Assembly: GCA_964400685.1 (NCBI GenBank)
Contig: CAYNVT010000007.1
Location: 1-62,324 of the forward strand
Direction: 5' to 3'
Length of the DNA stretch: 62,324 nucleotides
Origin: an uncultured Bacteriovoracaceae bacterium
Lineage (GTDB): Bacteria > Desulfobacterota > Desulfomonilia > UBA1062
Part shown: positions 36,006 to 46,148 of the stretch, in pieces
Layout of the letters: every line of letters begins with the position of its first letter
Numbering within the stretch: position 1 is the stretch's first letter
Position numbers and translations under genes: made by a program
The notes under the pieces: model-generated
What the model was told of the DNA's origin: nothing
The model's input: the letters and a program-made list of their open reading frames with translations, nothing else
Databases searched by the model: none

Positions 36006-36842
36006 CTATCTGGAGATTACAGAATCTTTCCTTCCGGTCATGTTTTTTGATGAAGTGGCAATGCCGAGCACCCTGCATAAAAAGTCCATGGCGCCTATCG
36101 GCAGGATGGCCTTTATAAGGGGCAGAGTATAAACACTTGACGGCACACCTATCATCGCCCTGCCCTTTTTGATGCCCTCTATGATTTTTACTGTCACGTC
36201 TTCCGGGGTCAGCATCTTTGTGCCTTTTACAGCCTGCGCGCCTGCAAACATGCCGGTTGAAACCGTGTTTGGACAAACATAGATGAACTTTATCTTTTTC
36301 TGCCCCGCCAGCACCATTTCCTGCCTGAGAGATTCCGTAAGCCCGACAACGGCAAATTTCGATGCACAGTAGTCAGAAATATAAGGTACTCCCAGCAGAC
36401 CGCCGGCAGAAGCCATATTAACTATGACGCCCTCGCCTTTTGAGACCATATCCGGCAGGAATGCCTTCGTAGCCCAGAAAATCGACATCAGGTTTACGGC
36501 AACAAGCTTTTCAATCGCCTCATCCGTTTTCTGTAAAAATGGCGCCGAGCGAACGACTCCCGCATTGTTTACCAGTATGTCGATCGTGCCGAATTCCTTC
36601 TTAACCTTTTCAGCAAGCGAGTAGATATTCCACTTATCAGAGATATCGCATACATAGGCGGCGATCTGCCCCAATGGTGCCAGCTCTTTCGATGCGGCTG
36701 CAAGCTCGGCTTCTCTGATATCGACTATGGCCACACGAGCTCCTTCCTTAAGGAAAAGCCCTGCCATTGATTTCCCCATGCCCATAGCTCCGCCTGTCAC
36801 AAGTACATTCTTCCCTTTTAAATCAATTTTGCAGCAGCCCAC
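36006..36842 (-). CDS. SDR family oxidoreductase (retinol/17-beta-HSD-like)
   Basis: TGGAMGMG, NNAG, YCASK. Confidence 0.9.
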   Translation of the reverse strand: MGCCKIDLKGKNVLVTGGAMGMGKSMAGLFLKEGARVAIVDIREAELAAASKELAPLGQIAAYVCDISDKWNIYSLAEKVKKEFGTIDILVNNAGVVRSAPFLQKTDEAIEKLVAVNLMSIFWATKAFLPDMVSKGEGVIVNMASAGGLLGVPYISDYCASKFAVVGLTESLRQEMVLAGQKKIKFIYVCPNTVSTGMFAGAQAVKGTKMLTPEDVTVKIIEGIKKGRAMIGVPSSVYTLPLIKAILPIGAMDFLCRVLGIATSSKNMTGRKDSVISR

Positions 36843-36862
36843 AAAGAACCTCCTTATCAGGT

Positions 36863-37336
36863 TTATTCATCTTTGGTCTGGATTAAACTTTCCACACCCA
36901 GAATCCTGCCCATGTTATATGCCGTTTCGATAAAGTGATTAAGCGTCTCGTCGTCGAATTGTCTCGATGTATCGGATATAATCTTATACGTATCTTCTTC
37001 AAGTTTCTGCACGATCTCTTCACCGCTGGTTGTCAGATAGACATGAACACCCCGCCTGTCTTCTTCGGCGTAAACCCTTTTTACATAACCAGCTTCTTCA
37101 AGCTTTCCAAAAAGTCTCGTAGCGCTGCTGAACGGCAGGCCGATCCCGTCGACCAGTTCACGCATGCGCTGGGGATTTCTTCTCCTGAGCATCTGCAGGG
37201 CAAGTATGGCGGTATAGTCCAGTCCGAAGGTATTGATCTTCTGCCTTTCAAACCTGTAAACAGCAAGAAGGGCATTGAACAGTAGATCATCGAGTTCATT
37301 CCTTGGGATATTAATGGGATTTTTCTTCATGGACAT
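36863..37336 (-). CDS. MarR family regulator
   Basis: Winged HTH ...SATRLFGKLEEAGYVKR...DRR...LTTSG. Confidence 0.88.
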   Translation of the reverse strand: MSMKKNPINIPRNELDDLLFNALLAVYRFERQKINTFGLDYTAILALQMLRRRNPQRMRELVDGIGLPFSSATRLFGKLEEAGYVKRVYAEEDRRGVHVYLTTSGEEIVQKLEEDTYKIISDTSRQFDDETLNHFIETAYNMGRILGVESLIQTKDE

Positions 37337-37431
37337 TAAATAACACTATTATTTCCATATTGCAATTATATTGATGTGGAAATATTTAATTACAGTGAAT
37401 GCTATTTACAAATCCCAGTTAACAGTCTGAT

Positions 37432-38232
37432 TCAATTTTTAAGCGAAGCGCTCTGTATATACTCAGGAGAAGGGCATTTCGGAATCTGAAGCAGATATTT
37501 CAAAGGCACAATACTGAAGCCTTTTCCCCTGATTCCCGTGACTATCCTTTCCAGTTCATCAGTAGTCCAGGGGGTTTCATGAAAAAGTATGATGTCTCCA
37601 TCACGGACATTCGATACTACCCTGCCTGCAAGGTCATCGCCTGAAAGTCCGGCCCAGTCGAGAGAATCAAGGCTCCAGAGGATTCCCGTAAGTCTGTTTT
37701 CAGCAAGAGCCTCTTTCAAATCATCATTGAAGGACCCGTACGGCGGCCTGAAGTATTCCGGTTTCATCCCGAAGCCCTCAAAAACGCTGACCGCTTTGCT
37801 GACTTCCGTGAAGCATTTTTCCTTATCATAAGAGGTGTAATTTTCATGTGCATATCCATGAATATATGTCTCGAAAAGCGGGTCCCTGTACTGTTCGACA
37901 TTCTCAGGATTCATGTTTTCAGCTACGAGAAAAAACGCAGCCGGGCATTTAAGCCTTTTCAGAACTGATAATATCTTTCCGGAATTTTCGGACGGCCCGT
38001 CATCAAAGGTAATAGAGAGAATCTTATCCGGGCTTGACACGGCGAAAACAAATGAATCCTTCAGCTTGATGTCCTTTCGCCCAAGGTAATCTGCATATTG
38101 GTCATAAATCAGGAATCTGCATGGTTCGGCTTTTTCCTCTTTTGTCAATTTTCCGCCGAGCCATGCGCACCCGTTCAAGGCAGCAAGAACTATAAACAGA
38201 CAGGCCGCGAATGCAGTCAATTCTTTCTTCAT
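37432..38232 (-). CDS. Polysaccharide deacetylase (NodB type), probably lipoprotein
   Basis: TFDDGP, HGYAH, FRPPYG, IILFH; LNGC lipobox-like. Confidence 0.9.
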   Translation of the reverse strand: MKKELTAFAACLFIVLAALNGCAWLGGKLTKEEKAEPCRFLIYDQYADYLGRKDIKLKDSFVFAVSSPDKILSITFDDGPSENSGKILSVLKRLKCPAAFFLVAENMNPENVEQYRDPLFETYIHGYAHENYTSYDKEKCFTEVSKAVSVFEGFGMKPEYFRPPYGSFNDDLKEALAENRLTGILWSLDSLDWAGLSGDDLAGRVVSNVRDGDIILFHETPWTTDELERIVTGIRGKGFSIVPLKYLLQIPKCPSPEYIQSASLKN

Positions 38233-38299
38233 TTTAAAATTTCCTTCACATTCGGACTCTCATAAAAAGCATTTTATCCTGCACCTTCATTATAACAGA

Positions 38300-39199
38300 T
38301 CACTCACCGATAATGCGTATGGCATGATCCGCATAGCTCAGATACCATGAGCTGTCTTTAAACGGTCTCGGGTATATCCCGTTTGGAATCAATGTGCCGT
38401 TCGGGTCACGGGTATCTTCCCCGTGGCTGTCAATGACAAGGGATGCCCCGTCCGGGGATATGCCCCATTCACCCAGCCACATGACTACGTGCGATATTCC
38501 TGAACCTGACTTTGGCCGAATGAAAATGAGGTCGCCCGGCTTCAAGATTTTTTTCCAGGCTTCAAGTGTTTCCTGGCGAGGGATTACCGATACCGTTATG
38601 GATTCTCCTGACCCGTTTATTGAAGCCGAGTCCATATCCGCCTGCTTCTGTATGTCCGAACTGAACTTTATCCCCAGCGCCTGATTGTATACAAAAGCGG
38701 TGAAGTTGCTGCAATCCACACCCTTGCCGTCATGCCTTTCGCCGCCAGGTTTTGGAGTGTGCCAGCCAGCAGGCGGATTCCAGTCCGGGATATAGTGGTG
38801 ACGGTATCCATAGCCGATATACCTCATGGCAACGGCAATAATACGTGCACGTTTAAACATTGCGCTTTTACCGCTTGCATCGGCAGGCGGCAGATATGCC
38901 CTTGGCAATGGACCCCAGGGACCCACTTTTGAGTGGTCATACCAGTCGTTCTCGGGCAAATCGGATTCATTCCGTGGATCACCTCTCTCGCCTGAAAGTA
39001 TGTCCGGTATAAGCTCCTCAATGGAATAAGGAAGACGGATGCTGTAGGGGGAAGCGTATGCCGCTTCCGCTGTCTGGCCTTCATCAGCTGAAGCAAACGA
39101 GGGAGCAAGAGTCATGACCGCTGCAAAACCCGCAATCAATATTGCACAAGTGAAAAGACCGGGATGAATTGAATTATACGCTCTTGAAAACATTCTCAT
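38300..39199 (-). CDS. NlpC/P60 (C40) peptidase
   Basis: GVDCSNFT catalytic Cys, PGDLIF, SHVVMW. Confidence 0.85.
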   Translation of the reverse strand: MRMFSRAYNSIHPGLFTCAILIAGFAAVMTLAPSFASADEGQTAEAAYASPYSIRLPYSIEELIPDILSGERGDPRNESDLPENDWYDHSKVGPWGPLPRAYLPPADASGKSAMFKRARIIAVAMRYIGYGYRHHYIPDWNPPAGWHTPKPGGERHDGKGVDCSNFTAFVYNQALGIKFSSDIQKQADMDSASINGSGESITVSVIPRQETLEAWKKILKPGDLIFIRPKSGSGISHVVMWLGEWGISPDGASLVIDSHGEDTRDPNGTLIPNGIYPRPFKDSSWYLSYADHAIRIIGE

Positions 39200-39953
39200 G
39201 AAAACTACTTCCGTCCTGAAATTTACCATCAGCGAGCCATACATGTTTTAATCCTTTCCTCATCTTTCCTTCGTTCTGCCTTTCTCTGACAACCTTTGCA
39301 GGTGAGCCTGCAACCATTGTGTTAGCAGGCACATCATGCGTAACAACCGACCGGCCTGCCACTATTGCCTGTTCGCCGACGGTTACTCCCGGCATTATGG
39401 CCGCGCCGCTGAATATAAGGGCAAAGTCCTTTATCACGACCTTTTTATATGTCCTGTCCGTGTGGTCAGATTCGTTGTGAGTATGGGTAAATATCCTGAC
39501 ATCTTCAGCAAAACCCGCACTGTCGCCTATTTCTATAAAGCCTTTTGAGTCCATAAAAACATTTCTGTTTATAAAAACATCGTTGCCTATGGTTATCCTG
39601 CTGCCATAATTGAAGCTTACTCCTGACTCGCAGATAAAATTTTTCCCGCATTCTCTGAAAAGCCGTTCTGCGATAAGCCTCCTCATGGGAATCGAAAAAT
39701 CAGTAATCAGGCTCAATGGCGTTTTGTCGAATGCATCCCATATTAAATGAAGCAGCCTCTGTTCATCGCTGTAGGGTTCGATATCATAACCTACAGGCAG
39801 GAGGTCTCCATAGAGTCTGAAATCGTGAAGAATTCCCTTTGGCAATGTGCTTATGCCGACAAGTTCAAGCAGGTGATATGCCGAATCAGGGTCCAGACCC
39901 TTACCGATAATTACTGATACTTCATCAAGCATCACTGTTATTGCCGTGCTCAC
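39174..39953 (-). CDS. Hexapeptide-repeat O-acyltransferase
   Basis: Left-handed beta-helix repeats, PGVTVGEQAIVAGRSVVTHDVP...GSPAKV. Confidence 0.88.
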   Translation of the reverse strand: MSTAITVMLDEVSVIIGKGLDPDSAYHLLELVGISTLPKGILHDFRLYGDLLPVGYDIEPYSDEQRLLHLIWDAFDKTPLSLITDFSIPMRRLIAERLFRECGKNFICESGVSFNYGSRITIGNDVFINRNVFMDSKGFIEIGDSAGFAEDVRIFTHTHNESDHTDRTYKKVVIKDFALIFSGAAIMPGVTVGEQAIVAGRSVVTHDVPANTMVAGSPAKVVRERQNEGKMRKGLKHVWLADGKFQDGSSFHENVFKSV

Positions 39954-40025
39954 TTGCGATATCACCTCTGCTTAACTATCGGCATGAAATCATTAAGACA
40001 TGAGGAGACATCCATCAAAAAAATA

Positions 40026-41435
40026 ATGTATACTATCGTTATTATGATGAAAAAAATATTCAATCCCAGAAGGCTTACACGCCTTTTGATATTGTCCGGA
40101 ATTCTCGGCATTGCAGCAGGCCTTACAGCGGTTTTGTTCCAGTATCTGATCGAGTACGCAGTTAATTTCTGTTTTAACAGTATTATAGGTATCTCCCCTG
40201 ACGGTCCTGTGTACAGGGAAACCGCAAGAACTTTTATTGCATCCGGCAGCTTCAAACCTTTTCTGATTGTCCTGATGCCGGGTATCGGAGGGCTTTTTGT
40301 AGGCATCCTTTCATGGTTTTTCTCCAAGATGCATTCCAGAGAAGACAATCTGGATGAAATCGAATCGTACATGCAGAAAGAGGGCGAATATCCTTTTCTC
40401 AAGCCTCTTTTCAACCTGCTGCTTTCCGTCATAACCCTGGGCACAGGAGGTTCCGGCGGCAAGGAATCACCTGCCGGCAGCATCGGTGCATCATTCGGCA
40501 GCCTTACTGGTAAAATCTTCAAGGTCGATCCTGACACCAGGCGCATGCTCATGTCTGCAGGCGTTGCCGCAGGCATAGGCGCAATATTCCGCATACCTGT
40601 AGCCGCCACATTCTTTGCGATGGAATTCTACTATTCGAGCGAGGACCTCGAGGCAAAGACCCTACTACCCGCTGCAATCGCAAGCGCAGTGAGTTATTCC
40701 GTTTTCTCTCTCTTTTTCGGCCTCTCTCCTCTGTTCGATTGCACAATCAGCTTTGAGTTCAAATCAGTTTTTGACCTTCTGCCGTATGCGCTGCTGGCAC
40801 TCATTTGCAGTGCGTGCGCTTTCATTTATGTAAAGGCCTATCAGGGCACATCCTCAGGATTTGCGGGCCTTCATGTGCATCCGGTAATGAAGCCCATGCT
40901 GGGAGGCCTTGCCACAGGGTTTATAGGCTGGCTTGCCTTGAGCCTGAGCGGAAATACTTCAACCCTGTCTATAATCGGGGACGGTTTCGGTGTACTTGAG
41001 GGAATTCTTTCCGGTAAAATCGCATTAATCGGGGCCGGGCTTCTTGCAGTCATAGCCTTTGCCAAAATGGCGACGACTTCCCTGACCATTGGCTCAGGAG
41101 GCATAGCAGGACTGTTCAGCCCGTCGCTTGTCATAGGCGGGGCGCTTGGAGGAAGCTTCGGGCTTCTCATCAATCAACTTATGCCCGGCATGATTCCGCA
41201 GCCCGAAGCATTTGTTTTAATAGGCATGTCTGCGTTTTTTGCTGCCGCCTTTAAAACACCCATATGTGCAATATTCATCGCCTGTGAGCTTGCAGGCGAC
41301 TACACGCTTCTGCTGCCTTCATTTGTGGCCTGTGCAGTTTCCTTTATCTTCTCCGGGAACTGGACCATTTACCCTAGCCAGCTGCCGTTCAGATATCCTC
41401 TGCCTGACAACGCGCCGGATAAAGAGAGGGGCTGA
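40026..41435 (+). CDS. ClC family chloride channel/transporter, divergent
   Basis: GSGGKESP, GIGAIFRIP, GLFSP, IACELAG; many TM helices; start uncertain. Confidence 0.88.
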   Translation: MYTIVIMMKKIFNPRRLTRLLILSGILGIAAGLTAVLFQYLIEYAVNFCFNSIIGISPDGPVYRETARTFIASGSFKPFLIVLMPGIGGLFVGILSWFFSKMHSREDNLDEIESYMQKEGEYPFLKPLFNLLLSVITLGTGGSGGKESPAGSIGASFGSLTGKIFKVDPDTRRMLMSAGVAAGIGAIFRIPVAATFFAMEFYYSSEDLEAKTLLPAAIASAVSYSVFSLFFGLSPLFDCTISFEFKSVFDLLPYALLALICSACAFIYVKAYQGTSSGFAGLHVHPVMKPMLGGLATGFIGWLALSLSGNTSTLSIIGDGFGVLEGILSGKIALIGAGLLAVIAFAKMATTSLTIGSGGIAGLFSPSLVIGGALGGSFGLLINQLMPGMIPQPEAFVLIGMSAFFAAAFKTPICAIFIACELAGDYTLLLPSFVACAVSFIFSGNWTIYPSQLPFRYPLPDNAPDKERG

Positions 41436-41444
41436 CAGTTATAA

Positions 41445-42314
41445 ATGGATACTGTCGATAAAGGCATTTATATCGGACTGGATATCGGGGGGACAAAGCT
41501 GCTTGTCGCTTCAGCCGATTCCTCGGGCCTTATCATAAAAAGGGTGCAGTTTGAAACCCCGCCAGACCTGAACGGCGGCCTTGAACTGCTTGATTTAATG
41601 ATCAAAGAGGTTTCAGGCGGAAGACTGATAAAATCCATTGGCGCTGCAATTGGCGGGCCGCTTGACTGGCGGAAAGGTATTGTTTCACCTCTTCATCAGC
41701 CCGCATGGAGGGATGTACCTTTAAAAAAGATCATGACCGGGAAATGGCGATGCGATTTTCATGTAGACGTCGATACGAATATCGCAGCCCTTGGAGAATA
41801 CCATTTCGGCGGCGAAAATGCTGAAAAGCTTCTCTATCTGACACTGAGCACGGGTATGGGGGGCGGATACATCATTGGCGGCAAAATCTACAGGGGATCA
41901 GGCGATGCACACCCTGAAGCAGGTCACCAGTCCACAAATTTCAGATGCAGCCATCCTCAAAACATAGCCTGCGAATGCGGCGCTCCCGACTGCCTTGAAG
42001 CACTTGTCTCGGGCAACGGCATAAGGCGCATCTACGGCAAACCCGCTGAGGAGCTCGACCCGGGAGAATGGGAAGAAGTTACATATAACCTGGGCCAGGG
42101 GCTCAGAAACCTTGTAGCCATTTATCTTCCGGATGTGATCGCAATCGGCGGAGGAGTGGCTGTCGGAGCTGGAGAAAGGTTCATCAACGCCGCAGCAGAA
42201 ATCATGGCAGGATATCTTAAGATTGTTCCGGCACCCGCCGTGAGGCTAAGCAGGCTCGGCTATGACACCGCGCTTTTGGGCGCAATCGCCGCCGCGATTC
42301 ACGGCATTGAATGA
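41445..42314 (+). CDS. ROK family kinase
   Basis: DIGGTK, LSTGMGGG, EAGH, CECGAPDCLE. Confidence 0.92.
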   Translation: MDTVDKGIYIGLDIGGTKLLVASADSSGLIIKRVQFETPPDLNGGLELLDLMIKEVSGGRLIKSIGAAIGGPLDWRKGIVSPLHQPAWRDVPLKKIMTGKWRCDFHVDVDTNIAALGEYHFGGENAEKLLYLTLSTGMGGGYIIGGKIYRGSGDAHPEAGHQSTNFRCSHPQNIACECGAPDCLEALVSGNGIRRIYGKPAEELDPGEWEEVTYNLGQGLRNLVAIYLPDVIAIGGGVAVGAGERFINAAAEIMAGYLKIVPAPAVRLSRLGYDTALLGAIAAAIHGIE

Positions 42315-42364
42315 AATGCCTGAAAATTTCCGCATGCCTGTTGGATTATGACACAGATTCCTTC

Positions 42365-43066
42365 TCAGGGTTTGAGGTATCCCAACGCAACATTTTGATC
42401 GATTAAAATTCTGTCCTTTGAATTTTTGCCTGCAGTAATGAATTTATCCTGAGTAGAAAGCCTTCGCAGTGAGCTGATCGAGTCAAAAGGTATTTTTACT
42501 ACGAATAGGTTGGCAATATCGATCGGTATGTTCCCGCCCGGATCAATCCTCGCCGTATATGTGACGCGTGTATGTTCCCTGTCGATATATTCGAGGACGA
42601 CGGAAGCATGTACATACTTCATTCGCACATAAGCCTTGCTCACCGGCCTCAGCTTCGGATCGTCTATCCCCTGCATATCAATATCGGCATACCCTTTGTT
42701 ATAATCCATCCTGACTGTTATTCGGACCAGAGATTCGCGAAGTTTAAGCGGCCACGGCAATCTGGTGATATTTAGGACGATCATATCTTCGCCTTCCAGC
42801 TGTTTAATCTTTTCGGCATGTTCGGTGTTCGCCATCCAGTACTCCGAGGCAGATACGTCTCTAAGGATAGATGCCAGAACCTCCAGGCGGGCATCCACGA
42901 TACCAACTCCTTTGAATTCATCAATATCGCTGCCAGGAACATCCCTTGTATAGACCTTTATGCCTGAACGTTCCTTGACCTGTTTCCAGCCGGCATCATC
43001 ATTCGAACTTGCCGTTATATTTCCCAGCAGTATTATGACAACAGTCAGACAGAGTATCCTGTTCAT
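42365..43066 (-). CDS. Secreted START-domain (lipid-binding) protein
   Basis: Signal peptide; GIKVYTR, PWPLKLRE, DPGGNIP. Confidence 0.82.
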   Translation of the reverse strand: MNRILCLTVVIILLGNITASSNDDAGWKQVKERSGIKVYTRDVPGSDIDEFKGVGIVDARLEVLASILRDVSASEYWMANTEHAEKIKQLEGEDMIVLNITRLPWPLKLRESLVRITVRMDYNKGYADIDMQGIDDPKLRPVSKAYVRMKYVHASVVLEYIDREHTRVTYTARIDPGGNIPIDIANLFVVKIPFDSISSLRRLSTQDKFITAGKNSKDRILIDQNVALGYLKP

Positions 43067-43109
43067 AGCGCACTCCTTCATTCCACAAGTAAAACAAATT
43101 CTTATACTA

Positions 43110-43862
43110 TTAACTGTGAATCTGATTCCCGGCGGCTCTGTGTACATGGAATACGCATTTCGGCGCACCCATGGCCTTACAGGCAACTTCAAGGGCATAA
43201 AGCTTTTCCCCTGATATCGTGCTGGCGTATCCGGCTACAATGCCTGCATAGAAATGGCAGACCGGTCTGTCTGAATCAGGAAGCCAGCGGGCTTCCTGCG
43301 AATTCGTCAGTATTGCTTTAAGAGGCATGGAGGAAAAATCAAAATCAAGGTGCCCCCATCCGCCTTCATCGGTAATAAGACGAGATACCATATTCATGGT
43401 TTTATTGAAGAATTCAGCCATCAGCGGATTCTGTTGCACTTCATCCACAATCCGGCTGTTCATGATCAAGGGGACCAGCACCCTGGGCACCCACTTGCCG
43501 TGAGCCAGAGATTGCGAAACCTCCCATGTGCACAGTTCGACTCCCATATTATAAAGTATCTTGTTTTTCTCTTCCTCTCCCAGCTTCTCAGCCAAAACAG
43601 TGTGCAGTAGTTTTATTATGATTGCACCGGCCATGATCTCTTCCACTCCGCCTATGCCTATACGGCCGTTTTTCAAGTCGACATCATGTATTTCAAACGC
43701 AGTAGCCCCCATGAAGGCCCTTATCAGAACCTGCAAGCGTTTTGATACAATGGGTGCATTGGCTAACGGCTTCAGAAAGAGCTTCACCAGTATAGGATTT
43801 TTTTCAAGTATGTTCATGACAGACAACAGAATCTTTATTTTCAAGTGCTTCAACTTATTCAT
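43110..43862 (-). CDS. V4R (4-vinyl reductase) domain protein
   Basis: GWG, CHFYAGIVAG, EVACKAMGAPKCVF. Confidence 0.8.
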   Translation of the reverse strand: MNKLKHLKIKILLSVMNILEKNPILVKLFLKPLANAPIVSKRLQVLIRAFMGATAFEIHDVDLKNGRIGIGGVEEIMAGAIIIKLLHTVLAEKLGEEEKNKILYNMGVELCTWEVSQSLAHGKWVPRVLVPLIMNSRIVDEVQQNPLMAEFFNKTMNMVSRLITDEGGWGHLDFDFSSMPLKAILTNSQEARWLPDSDRPVCHFYAGIVAGYASTISGEKLYALEVACKAMGAPKCVFHVHRAAGNQIHS

Positions 43863-43899
43863 TAACCCTCCATTAAAAATAATTTTAATAGCTTATACA

Positions 43900-44190
43900 T
43901 CAGATATTTTTCTTAAGACATCTTTTGCGTTCATCTGTAAACGACCACCAGGGAAGAGAGTCACCTCCTTCCATGAAATTAACTGCTGCCATGAAAACAT
44001 CGATAACGCACGGGTCCTGTCTTTTGCCTTTCGCCCTGTTAAGCTTCTCATACAATTTTAAAGGGTCTTTACCGATCAGCTCAGCCGGATGATCGATGCC
44101 TATCAGTCTCAGGTCATCCGCAATGGACTTGCCTATATTCGGAAGGGCTTCAAGCCTTGATACCGTTTTTCTGTCAGGATTCTTCATCAT
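43900..44190 (-). CDS. Helix-hairpin-helix protein (Cdd1/mitomycin-resistance-like)
   Basis: LPNIGKSIADDLRLIGI, DPCVIDVF, PWW. Confidence 0.82.
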   Translation of the reverse strand: MMKNPDRKTVSRLEALPNIGKSIADDLRLIGIDHPAELIGKDPLKLYEKLNRAKGKRQDPCVIDVFMAAVNFMEGGDSLPWWSFTDERKRCLKKNI

Positions 44191-44737
44191 ATGAATTTCC
44201 CAGGAATTCATTTGCGGTCAACACCCTGGCAAAAGGTATTTTCAAGGAAGCCATGAAAGCGTCTTGAACGGCAGCAGCCCTAACAATCTTTCCTTCGAAT
44301 TCAAGGTCTCTCGTGGCGCATGCATCGGAAATCACGCAACAGGTATAACCCAGATCAAAGGCTGCGCGGACAGTCGTATCAACGCACATATGAGTCATTG
44401 CTCCGCAGACGACCAGTTCTTTTACCCCGGCATTCTGCAATAAATCATTCAGCCCTGTATCACGAAATGAGTTCGGGAAATGCTTCACAACAACAGCTTC
44501 ATTTTCTTTCGGTTTCACACACTCATGTATTTCACTGCCCAGGGTGCCGGGAAGAAGAAAAGCCGCATCTTTTCTGGCGGCAATATGCCGGATATGAAAT
44601 ACCGGAGCCTCTTTTTTCCTGAAGCTGTCTAATATTTGGCGGCATTTTTCAGCGGCGTTTTCCATACAGCTCAACTCCATCTTACCGCCCGGGAAATAGT
44701 CATTCTGTACATCGATAATAACCAGACCTGTTTTCAT
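44174..44737 (-). CDS. Isochorismatase-family cysteine hydrolase
   Basis: IIDVQNDYF, KHFPNSF, GAMTHMCV. Confidence 0.92.
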   Translation of the reverse strand: MKTGLVIIDVQNDYFPGGKMELSCMENAAEKCRQILDSFRKKEAPVFHIRHIAARKDAAFLLPGTLGSEIHECVKPKENEAVVVKHFPNSFRDTGLNDLLQNAGVKELVVCGAMTHMCVDTTVRAAFDLGYTCCVISDACATRDLEFEGKIVRAAAVQDAFMASLKIPFARVLTANEFLGNSYDEES

Positions 44738-44799
44738 TTAAACCTCCTTACCGATATAGGCCTCATCCACCGGCAGAACAATTGCCTTCAAGCCTCATT

Positions 44800-45171
44800 T
44801 CAGGCGAAAAAGCGCAATGAAAGAAACAGCAGGCATATTCCTGACAAGATATTAAGGTTAATTATCGCATTTGATATGATCAGGTTGAAATGCTCGTTTC
44901 TTCTGACGATAATTTTATGCACGATGAAAGGAATAACCCCGCCTATACCTGTTATAATGCCGAATACCAGTCCGATGGTGCTTAATTTCTCGATCTCGAT
45001 CAAACCGTAAAAAAACAGAATGATGATCGGAACGTGAAGAAGTAGAAAGCCGGTTATCTTTCCCGGAAGATTCAGTATCTCCCATTCCTTCTCATAGGCC
45101 GACTCGATCTCGTGCAGTATCAAGAGTGTTGCGTTTATGACATAAAGCATCGAGATGAATTTCATCTTCAT
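44800..45171 (-). CDS. Small membrane protein (DUF6713-like)
   Basis: HEIESAYEKEW motif; 4 TM segments. Confidence 0.7.
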   Translation of the reverse strand: MKMKFISMLYVINATLLILHEIESAYEKEWEILNLPGKITGFLLLHVPIIILFFYGLIEIEKLSTIGLVFGIITGIGGVIPFIVHKIIVRRNEHFNLIISNAIINLNILSGICLLFLSLRFFA

Positions 45172-45209
45172 TTCCTCCCTGAAACGGGGTTCTTAAAACG
45201 CTGAACAGC

Positions 45210-46148
45210 TCATTCTCCCTGTTTTCCTGAAAGCTTATCAATCGCCTTATCCAGTGCGGGGTTGAATTCTTCCGGCTTGTCCATCATCAGAAAATGGTCG
45301 GCTTTCTTTATAATAATTGCGTCGAATGAAAACATATGCCGCATGTTGGCCTTATAGTTGATGGACGCCATATCTCCGTTTACAGCTATGACCGGAATTC
45401 TGATTTTATCGAACACCTTCGCAGCATCCCCTGTGACGTACTGCATCATCATGTTGTTCATCGCACTTATTGCAATTGAAGGCGGTGCGGCCGACATATC
45501 CGAGAGTATCCATTCTTTCAACTCTCTGTCAGTTCCGGGCAAAATCATCTGACTTATAAAGTCCCTGCTTCCTGACTTGAAGTCCTTTTCAATAGGTCCG
45601 ATCATGGCTTTAAGCTCTTTTTGCGTCAGTGGATACTCAATGTCCTGAAGCGTATCTATGCCGATCAGGCCTGCAACCTTTTCAGGCATGAGCCTGGCCG
45701 CTTCCGCTATCACAGAGCCTCCCATTGAGTGGCCTACCAGGATGACCTTGCCGGTACTTTCAGCTAGGGTTACGGCCTTAACATCCTCCCCGAATGCCTC
45801 CATAGTATAGTCTTTTCGTGAGAATCCCGAATTGCCGTGGCCGGCAAGATCGATAAGGACAACTTTGTGTTTTTTTGAAAAATACGGAATCTGCGCACGC
45901 CAGTAACGGACATCGCAGCTCCATCCATGCACGAAAACAAGGGTCGGCTCTCCGGCTCCATACACCTCATAGGAGACCGGAACGCCGTCTTTCGATTGAA
46001 CCATATGCGGCCAGTTCGTTTCAGCCTGAAGAGGTTCAAAACTCAGGGCATTGAGCATCAGAAAACAGCTCAGGCATACCGATAGCTTTGCAGCTCTTTT
46101 AAAATTCGGTTTGCCGCCCATTTCAATGGTATCTGACTTTATCATCAT
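45210..46148 (-). CDS. Alpha/beta hydrolase
   Basis: FVHGW, GHSMGG, DHFLMM. Confidence 0.92.
   Translation of the reverse strand: MMIKSDTIEMGGKPNFKRAAKLSVCLSCFLMLNALSFEPLQAETNWPHMVQSKDGVPVSYEVYGAGEPTLVFVHGWSCDVRYWRAQIPYFSKKHKVVLIDLAGHGNSGFSRKDYTMEAFGEDVKAVTLAESTGKVILVGHSMGGSVIAEAARLMPEKVAGLIGIDTLQDIEYPLTQKELKAMIGPIEKDFKSGSRDFISQMILPGTDRELKEWILSDMSAAPPSIAISAMNNMMMQYVTGDAAKVFDKIRIPVIAVNGDMASINYKANMRHMFSFDAIIIKKADHFLMMDKPEEFNPALDKAIDKLSGKQGE

Noticed and set aside
40026-41435. CLC-F fluoride exporter
   Set aside because: Lacks the GNNLI/GREGT/GEVTP signature set; has GLFSP and retains a C-terminal Tyr.
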